From Candidatus Latescibacterota bacterium (lineage in GTDB: Bacteria > Latescibacterota > UBA2968 > GCA-2709665): a stretch of 64,000 bases of DNA. Both the position numbers and the translations under genes were made by a program. Under the pieces are notes generated by a model, which saw nothing but the letters and a program-made list of their open reading frames with translations, was not told the DNA's origin and made no database searches. Position 1 is the first letter of the stretch. Every line of letters begins with the position of its first letter. Shown here in pieces: positions 56,297 to 64,000 of the stretch. The DNA lies in NCBI GenBank assembly GCA_965248435.1, contig OZ252100.1, positions 1,280,001 to 1,344,000 on the forward strand, read 5' to 3'.

Positions 56297-58837
56297 ATGA
56301 AGCGAGACACGTGGCGGCTATTGCTCATTCTGGCGACAGTCGTAATTGCTCTTCTCTACCTATACCCGAGCTACAAATTCTACTTCTCCCCACCGGAAGA
56401 CCCTGACGAGTTGGAGCTCGTCAAACGGAACTCGATCAACCTTGGCCTGGATCTTCAAGGTGGTATTCACCTGGTTCTGGAGGTCGACCCCAGCGGACTT
56501 TCTGAAGATGAACGGGAGGATGTCGTCGATCGCGTCAAGGAGATCATCACCAATCGCGTCGACCAGTTCGGAGTCTCAGAACCCATCATTCATCGAGAGG
56601 GAGACTGGCGCATTGTCGTTGAGTTGCCTGGAATTCAGGAAGTAGAGCGGGCAAAGGACCTCATCGGAAAAACGGCGCGCCTGGAGTTCAAGATTCTCAA
56701 ATCGACTCAGGAGCGCGGCGCCTTGCTGGATAAGATCGAATCTCACCTCATCGCCGCTTACGGTGACACTTCCGAAGCCGAATCCGATGCGTTGTTCGAG
56801 GAGCCCTCGGAAGATCGGCCGTCTTTGAAGCGGCACCTCCTCTCCTACGGAAGCGATGACTGGGTCGTATCCGAGGAGGACCTACCAAAGGTAAGGCAGA
56901 TCCTGAATCAACCGGGTGTCGAGAAGCTCGTTCCGGCCGACGGAGAGTTCCTTTGGGAAAGCAAAACCGAAGAATTGTCCGACGGGCGAAGGTATCGTAG
57001 GTTGTATTACTTGAAATCTCGCATAGAAATGACGGGCGAGACCATCGGCGATGCCAAGGTGTCTACGGGTCAATCCTTCCAGAACGCGGGTCAACCGATC
57101 GTAAACCTTACCATGAAGGATGAGGGGGTGAAGATTTTTTCCCGGGTGACCGGCGCCCACGTCGGCGAAAGGATGGCCATCATCCTGGACAACCGAATCT
57201 ATTCTGCACCCACGATCCAGGTCAAGATCAGAGACGGCAGGTCCATCATTACGGGCAGCTCCACGACTGAAGAGGCTAAAGATCTCTCCATCGTCCTCCG
57301 CTCCGGGTCTCTTCCTACGAACGCCGAGATCGTCGAAGATCGGACGGTCGGCCCTTCTCTTGGGCGGGACTCCATCGAGCAAGGCAAGAAGGCGGCCGCG
57401 GTCGGAATGGTCATAGTGATGGTGTTCATGGTCGTCTACTACGGTTTTGCCGGACTTGTCGCAAACCTGGCGCTTATCTTGAATCTCGTCTTTGTCCTGG
57501 CGATTCTGGCGGGATTTGGGGGCACACTTACATTACCCGGCATCGCGGGAATTATCCTCACCATCGGGATGGCCGTGGACGCGAACGTGCTCATCTTCGA
57601 GCGGATCAGAGAGGAGCTGCGCACAGGGAAGACGATTCGTCCCGCGATCGAAAACGGCTACGGGCGGGCCATGCTGACCATCGTGGACGCCAACCTGACG
57701 ACCGTGATTACCGCGGTCGTCCTCTATCAGTTTGGAACCGGGCCGATCAAGGGGTTTGCACTCACCTTGATGGTCGGCATCATTTCCAGCATGTTCACGG
57801 CCCTTTTCGTAACCCGAACGATCTTCAATTCGCTCATCCAGCGCTTGCAGTTGACATCGATCAGCATTGGCAGACTGCGCATCTTTGGGCATACCTTGTT
57901 CGACTTTCTGCGCATACGCAGGGCGGCATTTGTGGGGTCCGTGCTGGTTATTCTTGTCGGGCTGGGGTCTTCCATCACCAAGGGTGGCTACAACATCGGA
58001 ATCGACTTCGCTGGAGGCACGCTACTGGAACTCCATTTCACACCGCCAGTACCCGTGGGCGAAATAAGAGAAGCCCTTGGCCGGGTGGATCTGGAACACA
58101 GGACCGTGGACCTCAGGCAGAGCGAGATCAAACAATTCGGTCCGCCGACAGATGTCCTCATCAGGGTCGAAGAGGAGGCGGAAGGCACCCTTGTGGGAGA
58201 CGCCATTAAGAAAACACTCAGAACCAGATTTGCCTCCTTCATCGGAGACGAAACGGAGTGGCTTCGGCGTCAGGAAGCCGTCGGCCCAAAGATCGGAAGC
58301 GAGTTGAAAAGTGACGCGATAAAAGCGATTCTGCTCTCCATGGTCCTGATTATTCTATACATCTGGTGGCGTTTCAAACAGATTCAGTTCGGGATCGCGG
58401 CCGTTGCTGCCCTCCTTCACGACGTCCTGATTACGCTCGGGATCTTCTCGCTGACGAATAAAGAGATTTCATTGGCGATTGTGGCCGCGCTCCTGACGAT
58501 CGTGGGCTATTCCCTGAACGACACGATTGTGGTATTCGACAGGATCAGAGAAAATCTCAATCTTCATCGCAGAGACAGCTACAGAAACATCATCAACAGG
58601 AGCATAAACGAATGCCTTAACCGGACAGCGTTGACCTCAGGCACGACCCTTCTGGTGGTGATCGCGCTGTTTGTGTCTGGCGGCGAGGTCATTCACGACT
58701 TCGCTTTTGCCCTCATTATCGGGGTTGTGGTAGGGACCTACTCGTCCTCCTTCGTGGCGAGCCCCTTGGTGGTGGAATGGCAGGCCGCCTCCGAACGCCG
58801 CTCCGGCGGCGTGATCGGTCGACGCGCCGCATCGTGA
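56297..58837 (+). CDS. secDF: Fused protein translocase subunit SecDF
   Basis: LGLDLQGG, VGPSLG, GMAVDANVLIFERIREE, GIDF.GG, GYSLNDTIVVFDRIRE. Confidence 0.95.
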   Translation: MKRDTWRLLLILATVVIALLYLYPSYKFYFSPPEDPDELELVKRNSINLGLDLQGGIHLVLEVDPSGLSEDEREDVVDRVKEIITNRVDQFGVSEPIIHREGDWRIVVELPGIQEVERAKDLIGKTARLEFKILKSTQERGALLDKIESHLIAAYGDTSEAESDALFEEPSEDRPSLKRHLLSYGSDDWVVSEEDLPKVRQILNQPGVEKLVPADGEFLWESKTEELSDGRRYRRLYYLKSRIEMTGETIGDAKVSTGQSFQNAGQPIVNLTMKDEGVKIFSRVTGAHVGERMAIILDNRIYSAPTIQVKIRDGRSIITGSSTTEEAKDLSIVLRSGSLPTNAEIVEDRTVGPSLGRDSIEQGKKAAAVGMVIVMVFMVVYYGFAGLVANLALILNLVFVLAILAGFGGTLTLPGIAGIILTIGMAVDANVLIFERIREELRTGKTIRPAIENGYGRAMLTIVDANLTTVITAVVLYQFGTGPIKGFALTLMVGIISSMFTALFVTRTIFNSLIQRLQLTSISIGRLRIFGHTLFDFLRIRRAAFVGSVLVILVGLGSSITKGGYNIGIDFAGGTLLELHFTPPVPVGEIREALGRVDLEHRTVDLRQSEIKQFGPPTDVLIRVEEEAEGTLVGDAIKKTLRTRFASFIGDETEWLRRQEAVGPKIGSELKSDAIKAILLSMVLIILYIWWRFKQIQFGIAAVAALLHDVLITLGIFSLTNKEISLAIVAALLTIVGYSLNDTIVVFDRIRENLNLHRRDSYRNIINRSINECLNRTALTSGTTLLVVIALFVSGGEVIHDFAFALIIGVVVGTYSSSFVASPLVVEWQAASERRSGGVIGRRAAS

Positions 58838-58856
58838 CGGCAGTCAACAAAAAATA

Positions 58857-58894
58857 AAGAGAGGCCCGACGGGGAACCGTCGGGCCTCTCTTTT
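58857..58894. terminator. Bidirectional terminator between secDF and PBP1A
   Basis: AAAGAGAGGCCCGACGG / CCGTCGGGCCTCTCTTT inverted repeat. Confidence 0.85.
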
Positions 58895-58913
58895 AGCCTG
58901 GGATTGATTTTGG

Positions 58914-61031
58914 TTAAAATTGATAGGAGCGCTTCGGATCCTTCTTTGCCCTCTCGTCCCTTTGATCCATCCGTTCCACGGCCGTGTGATCCGGACACGT
59001 CTGTTTGGGTGCTGAACCTGGAATAAAGACCTCTTTCAAGCGCGTCGGACAGTATATGGACGCTACTTCATAGGTGTCCCCGCAGACCTCGACCTGTTCC
59101 ACCGCGGCAGGCAGTTCGAAATCCTCCTCGGGTAGATTCAGAAGGTTGTGCACCCGCCTCATGAACTTCGCCCAGATTGGCATCGCCACGACGGCGCCCG
59201 CCATCCGCTTTCCAAGCGACACCTTCGAATCGAACCCGACCCAGACCCCGGCGACGATCTGCGGCGTAAACCCAACAAACCAGGTGTCCGCAAAGTTTTG
59301 TGTTGTCCCTGTCTTTCCCGCCGCGGGTCGCCTGAAGCGGTATTCTGTCCGGGCGCCACGTCCCGTACCGCCGCTCATGTCCATCACCGACCTCATCATG
59401 CTCGTCATCACAGCGGCAGTCGCCTCGGACAGAACCACTTCTTCGGTGCCTTGCATCCGCTCTTCCAGAACATTTCCCCCTTTGTCCGAGACCTTAAGCA
59501 CCGCAACGGGAGAGACGCGAATCCCCCGATTCGGAAAGACCCCGAATGCCGACGCCAAATCGATGAGTTTGACTTCGCTCGTACCCATGCCCAGAGAAAG
59601 AACGGGTCGGATCGGTGTCGAGATTCCCATTCGCCGTGCGTAGTTCCGTACGACTTTGGGACCGATACGCTGCAGCAGATTGGTTGTGACCACGTTGCGG
59701 GACATGGCCAGCCCCTTCCGCATCGTCATCCAGCCCAGGAATCTCCGATCGTAATTTTCCGGTCGCCACAGGGAACCATCACCCATCCGGATTGTGACGG
59801 CCGTATCGGCAAGTCGCATGGTCGCTGGAAACCCCTTGTCTATGGCCGCGGTATAGATGAACGGCTTGAACGCCGATCCGGGCTGTCTGAGCGCCTGGAC
59901 AGAGCGATTGAACTTACTTTCGCTGAAGTCTCTCCCCCCGACCATGGCGAGAATGTGACCCGTGCTCGGGTCGAGGGCCACGAATGCCCCCTGCACGATC
60001 GAAGCGGCAAGTGTATCCTCACGGGTTTCTGCGCCTGCCCAGAAAGTGGAGTCGGGGGGGTTTCGAAGTCGATCCCGATCTACGGTCCTTTGAATCTCCT
60101 CGAGCTGCCTTTGAAGCTCCTCCTCCGCGATACGCTGTATGCGACTGTCCAGAGAAGTATACACGGATGCGCCGTTATACAGAACCTTCAATCCGTGTGC
60201 CGTCTCCAGGTGTCTGCGAATATACTCTGTAAAGTAGGGTGCCTCCACCGTTTGCTGCTCCTGTCGTTTCAGCATAATCGGGCGGAGTTTCGCTGACCGA
60301 AAGTCGGAGCTGGAAATCTTTCGAGTGCGGTACATCCTTCCCAGGACCCAATCGCGTCGTTCGATAGCCCGTCTCGGATAATTTACGGGAGAATAGTAGT
60401 AGGGCCCCTTCAACAGACCCACCAGCAATGCACACTCGTCCAGAGACAGGTCGGCGGAGTTTTTTCCGAAGAATCCTCGTGCGGCCGCTTGAATCCCCCA
60501 GGCGCCCCTGCCAAAGAGCATCTGGTTGAAATACATCTCGAGAATCTCTTTTTTGGTATAAGTCCGTTCAAGCAGTACGGCGGTCAGCTGTTCCTGAAGT
60601 TTGCGACTCCACGTCTGCTCACGCGTAAGAAATAGATTTCGCGCGAGCTGCTGTGTGATCGTACTCGCCCCGTGGCCCTTGAGACTTCCCTCTCTCCAGA
60701 TATTCCTCATGACGGCGCGAAAGATATCCGGCAGACTAACGCCCCAGTGGCGCCAAAAGTGCTGATCTTCGGCTGAAATCAGAGCATCGATCGCAAACTT
60801 GGGCAGCTGACTATAGGATACGGGATCTCGCCTCTGTACCCAGTACTTCCGCAATACCACCCCGTCGGCCGAATTGATCGTAGTCGTCTCAGCCGGATCC
60901 ACCTTTTCGAGTTTTTCGAATGAAGGCAACCCGTCCTTAAATCGCCACACCACGCCCGCTGCGACGGCGACGCAGATGAGGGAAGCAACGGCGCAATAAA
61001 ACACGATTCGTATGAAAAAATGTCTGACCAT
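58914..61031 (-). CDS. Class A penicillin-binding protein (PBP1A family)
   Basis: Transglycosylase ED..F..H.G, GASTITQQLARN, RK..E; transpeptidase QPGSAFKP, SRN, GKTGT; start re-called at MVRHFF. Confidence 0.92.
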   Translation of the reverse strand: MVRHFFIRIVFYCAVASLICVAVAAGVVWRFKDGLPSFEKLEKVDPAETTTINSADGVVLRKYWVQRRDPVSYSQLPKFAIDALISAEDQHFWRHWGVSLPDIFRAVMRNIWREGSLKGHGASTITQQLARNLFLTREQTWSRKLQEQLTAVLLERTYTKKEILEMYFNQMLFGRGAWGIQAAARGFFGKNSADLSLDECALLVGLLKGPYYYSPVNYPRRAIERRDWVLGRMYRTRKISSSDFRSAKLRPIMLKRQEQQTVEAPYFTEYIRRHLETAHGLKVLYNGASVYTSLDSRIQRIAEEELQRQLEEIQRTVDRDRLRNPPDSTFWAGAETREDTLAASIVQGAFVALDPSTGHILAMVGGRDFSESKFNRSVQALRQPGSAFKPFIYTAAIDKGFPATMRLADTAVTIRMGDGSLWRPENYDRRFLGWMTMRKGLAMSRNVVTTNLLQRIGPKVVRNYARRMGISTPIRPVLSLGMGTSEVKLIDLASAFGVFPNRGIRVSPVAVLKVSDKGGNVLEERMQGTEEVVLSEATAAVMTSMMRSVMDMSGGTGRGARTEYRFRRPAAGKTGTTQNFADTWFVGFTPQIVAGVWVGFDSKVSLGKRMAGAVVAMPIWAKFMRRVHNLLNLPEEDFELPAAVEQVEVCGDTYEVASIYCPTRLKEVFIPGSAPKQTCPDHTAVERMDQRDERAKKDPKRSYQF

Positions 61032-61047
61032 TGCATCTGGTAGGCGC

Positions 61048-63720
61048 CTAAACAGCCAACGTAGCCAAATTTCCTTCCAATTTCGAAAGCGACGTTTGAT
61101 ACGTGACCTTGCGCTGTCGCTCCTTCTCGACAACCTCTGTAGGGGCCTTCTTCAAGAAGCCCTCGTTGTTCAGTTTCTTTTCCAACCCCAGCAGCGCCTT
61201 CTGAAGCTTACCGATCTCCTTTTCCAAACGATCTCGCTCCACCTTCAGGTCGATCAGCCCCTCCAGGGGCAGGTAGACTTCCACGTCGGGCAGCACAGCG
61301 CTCGCACAGGTGGGCGGGCGAACCAGATCCTGTCCGATTTCAAGACGATCCACCTTGGCCAGCTCTCGTATATATCCACTCGCCGTCCCGAGAAAGGTTG
61401 CAACCGGTTCCGATTCCGTGTTCAACAACACGTCGGCCCGCTTTCCGGGCGGCACACGCATGGAAGCCCTGATGTTCCTCACTGCCCCGACGACACCCTG
61501 GAGCAGCTCCATTCTTGACTCTGCTGCCCCGTCGATGAGGGTATCATCGCACACGGGCCACGGTGCCAGAATCAAGGCATCGCCCCGATGGGGAAGTTTT
61601 TGCCAGAGCTCCTCTGAAATGAAAGGAATGATCGGGTGGGCCATCCTCAAGATCCCTTCCAGAACGTGGACGAGCAGAGACTGTACGAGCCTCCGGTCTT
61701 CTTCGTCTTGTCCGTCTAGACGAACCTTGGCCATCTCCAAATACCAGTCGCAGTAGGAATTCCAAACAAACTCGTAAATGCCGCGAGAGGTTTCGTCGAA
61801 TCGATAGGCCTGAAGCGACTCCGTAACAGATTCGATCGTTCGATTATAAAGGCTCAGGATCCAGCGGTCGGCCGGATCTTCGAGGTCCTCCGGAGGAGCT
61901 AAACTGACCTCATCGTCCAAGTTCATTTCTACAAAACGGGCGGCGTTCCAGATCTTGTTGCAGAAGTTCCTGCACATCTCGGTAATCGGAGAGCCCTGCA
62001 GCTGATTGTCTTCCACATCTGCGTCGAACCGGATATCCTGCGAGCTTCCACACTGGTAGAGCAGCGAAAATCTTGTTGCATCGGCTCCGTATCGTTCAAT
62101 TAGCTCTCTCGGATCGATTCCGGTGCCCAGGGACTTGCTCATACGTCGACCATCGCGCGTCTGAACGGTCGGATGGACGAACACCGTCCTGAAGGGGATA
62201 TTACCCATAAACTCCAGGTCGGTCATGATCATCCTGACAACCCAGAGATACAGAATATCCCTCGCCGTAATCATCAGGTCCGTGGGATGGTAGATCTTCA
62301 AGTCTTCTGCCTCGTCGGGCCATCCCATTGTGGCGAACGGCCATAAGGCCGAACTAAACCACGTATCCAGCACATCCGGATCCTGTTCGAGACGGCGTTC
62401 TCCACACGCCTCGCACATCACGGGAGGGTCGGCCTGAACGATAACCGCTTCGCAGCCCTGGCACGTCCAGACCGGGATCCGGTGACCCCACCAGATCTGC
62501 CGGGAAATACACCAGTCCTGGATGTTTTCCAACCATTCGATGGCGTATTTTCGGAACCGGTCAGGAACATAAACAACATCACCCCGGCGAAGCACCGGCA
62601 ACGCCTGGTCCGCCAGATCACGCATCGTGACGAACCACTGCTCCATCACAAAAGGTTCGATCACCGTTCCACACTTGTCGTGATGGGGTACGGCGTGCAC
62701 GTGCTCTTCAACGAGCTCCAGCAGGCCATCCTCTTTCAGCGCCTGAACAACGGCCTCCCGGCAGGCGAGGCGCTCCATCTTCGCAAACCGCCCGGCCTGG
62801 TCCGTCATCATCCCGTCGTAGCCGATAACCTGAACTTCGGGGAGGTCGTGCCGTAATCCAACCTCATAGTCGTTCGGATCGTGTGCGGGCGTCACCTTCA
62901 CAGCTCCGGTTCCCATCTCCGGGTCCGCGTGTTCGTCCGCCACGACCGGAATGGTCCTTCCCATCAATGGCAGCACGACCTGCTTGCCGACCGATGCCTG
63001 CCATCGGGGATCCCGGGGGTGCACAGCCACCCCGGTATCGCCAAGCATCGTTTCAGGCCGGGTCGTGGCAACGACGACATCGGGCACACCGCCCTTCCCG
63101 GGATACCGGATGTGCCAGAGGTTTCCGGTCACCTCACGTTCTTCCACTTCAAGGTCTGAAATCACCGAGCCGCACCTGGGACACCAGTTCACCATCCGTC
63201 TGCCCCGGTAGATCCAACCCTTGTTATAAAACCAGACGAACGCCTCGAGAACGGCACGGCTATAACCTTCGTCCATCGTAAACCGTTCCCGGGACCAGTC
63301 GTAGCTGCATCCCATCTCCCTGAGCTGGCGCAGAATCGTTCCGCCGTACCTCTCCTGCCAGCTCCAAATTCGCTTGACCATCTCACTGCGCCCAATGTCG
63401 TGGCGGATTTTTTTTTCATCTTCGTAGAGGTGCTGCTCGACCTTCATCTGGGTCCCAATCCCCGCGTGGTCCGTGCCAGGTAGACAGAGCGTCCGAAAAC
63501 CTTGCATCCGCTTCCACCGAATCACTGCGTCGTGGACGGTGTGCTGGAGCGCGTGCCCCATGTGCAACTCGCCGGTCACATTGGGAGGAGGAATCGTGAT
63601 GGAAAAATACTTTCCATCCTCACCCACTTTGGGACGAAAGTGGCCCTTGCTCTCCCAAAAAGAGTACCACTTTCGTTCAATTTCCTTCGGATTGTATGTC
63701 TTGGCCAGTGTCTCTTCCAT
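61048..63720 (-). CDS. valS: Valine--tRNA ligase
   Basis: PPPNVTG.LHMGH, DHAGI.TQ, TTRPETM.GD, DWCISRQ.WWGH, RMSKS, C-terminal coiled coil. Confidence 0.97.
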   Translation of the reverse strand: MEETLAKTYNPKEIERKWYSFWESKGHFRPKVGEDGKYFSITIPPPNVTGELHMGHALQHTVHDAVIRWKRMQGFRTLCLPGTDHAGIGTQMKVEQHLYEDEKKIRHDIGRSEMVKRIWSWQERYGGTILRQLREMGCSYDWSRERFTMDEGYSRAVLEAFVWFYNKGWIYRGRRMVNWCPRCGSVISDLEVEEREVTGNLWHIRYPGKGGVPDVVVATTRPETMLGDTGVAVHPRDPRWQASVGKQVVLPLMGRTIPVVADEHADPEMGTGAVKVTPAHDPNDYEVGLRHDLPEVQVIGYDGMMTDQAGRFAKMERLACREAVVQALKEDGLLELVEEHVHAVPHHDKCGTVIEPFVMEQWFVTMRDLADQALPVLRRGDVVYVPDRFRKYAIEWLENIQDWCISRQIWWGHRIPVWTCQGCEAVIVQADPPVMCEACGERRLEQDPDVLDTWFSSALWPFATMGWPDEAEDLKIYHPTDLMITARDILYLWVVRMIMTDLEFMGNIPFRTVFVHPTVQTRDGRRMSKSLGTGIDPRELIERYGADATRFSLLYQCGSSQDIRFDADVEDNQLQGSPITEMCRNFCNKIWNAARFVEMNLDDEVSLAPPEDLEDPADRWILSLYNRTIESVTESLQAYRFDETSRGIYEFVWNSYCDWYLEMAKVRLDGQDEEDRRLVQSLLVHVLEGILRMAHPIIPFISEELWQKLPHRGDALILAPWPVCDDTLIDGAAESRMELLQGVVGAVRNIRASMRVPPGKRADVLLNTESEPVATFLGTASGYIRELAKVDRLEIGQDLVRPPTCASAVLPDVEVYLPLEGLIDLKVERDRLEKEIGKLQKALLGLEKKLNNEGFLKKAPTEVVEKERQRKVTYQTSLSKLEGNLATLAV

Positions 63721-63731
63721 ACGCTCAGAGC

Positions 63732-64000
63732 TCAGGCAATAGAATAGCTGCGAAGTCCCTCGTAGACTGTCTGAACTGAAACCTTTACCACCGCAGTCGT
63801 CGGTACGGCCAGGATCATTCCCACAGCGCCAAACAACTGGTTACCCACAAGCACGACAAAGATTACGACAAGTGGGTGCAGATTTACGCTCCGGGCAACC
63901 ACAACCGGGGCCACGAAGACGTTGTCTAGAATCTGTACGACGAGGAACACGGCAACGACCGGCAGGACGATACCAAAACTCAGTGTGGAATGCTGGATAA
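63732..64000 (-). CDS. AI-2E family transporter (3' part only)
   Basis: VQ.LDN....P......V.LHP..V.......G...G..G..LAVP. Confidence 0.8.
   Translation of the reverse strand, partial: IQHSTLSFGIVLPVVAVFLVVQILDNVFVAPVVVARSVNLHPLVVIFVVLVGNQLFGAVGMILAVPTTAVVKVSVQTVYEGLRSYSIA

Noticed and set aside
61031-61133. Long PBP1A/valS overlap; similar apparent overlaps at miscalled starts (nuoI, BpsA, phosphodiesterase, glnA)
   Set aside because: These are artefacts of longest-ORF start choice; more plausible downstream starts remove or shrink the overlaps.

Overview
Core-genome segment of a diderm, probably flagellated bacterium (GC roughly 55-60% by eye). The gene mix points to the FCB/Latescibacterota neighbourhood, which is an inference: GWxTD protein, two short Bacteroidota-type RpoD paralogs, Minf_1886 protein, fused SecDF, and a folB-folK-dNK-panB-panC cluster. 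About 55 CDS are present, mostly housekeeping: tRNA modification, Fe-S and oxidative stress, folate/pantothenate, peptidoglycan, nitrogen (glnA, glnD), rho-rpmE-prfA-prmC, secDF and valS. I saw no rRNA, tRNA, CRISPR array, phage or transposase. The best leads are: (1) an apparent sigma cascade in which an NtrC/AtoC-type activator gene is followed by tandem enhancer-like palindromes and a near-perfect sigma54 promoter driving a second RpoD-like sigma factor and a PTS EIIA, between glnA and glnD; (2) a four-gene operon pairing a BpsA-type branched-polyamine synthase with a DUF2156 aminoacyl-transferase-like protein; (3) a sigma28 promoter with a ~380-nt structured leader or sRNA ahead of a FlxA-like orphan; (4) a structured RNA plus terminator ahead of queG-miaB-lipA, inside a long Fe-S client cluster that also has a cysteine-depleted IscU; (5) a gene-free patchwork of REP-type palindromes. 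All assignments come from motif recognition by eye; no searches were run.
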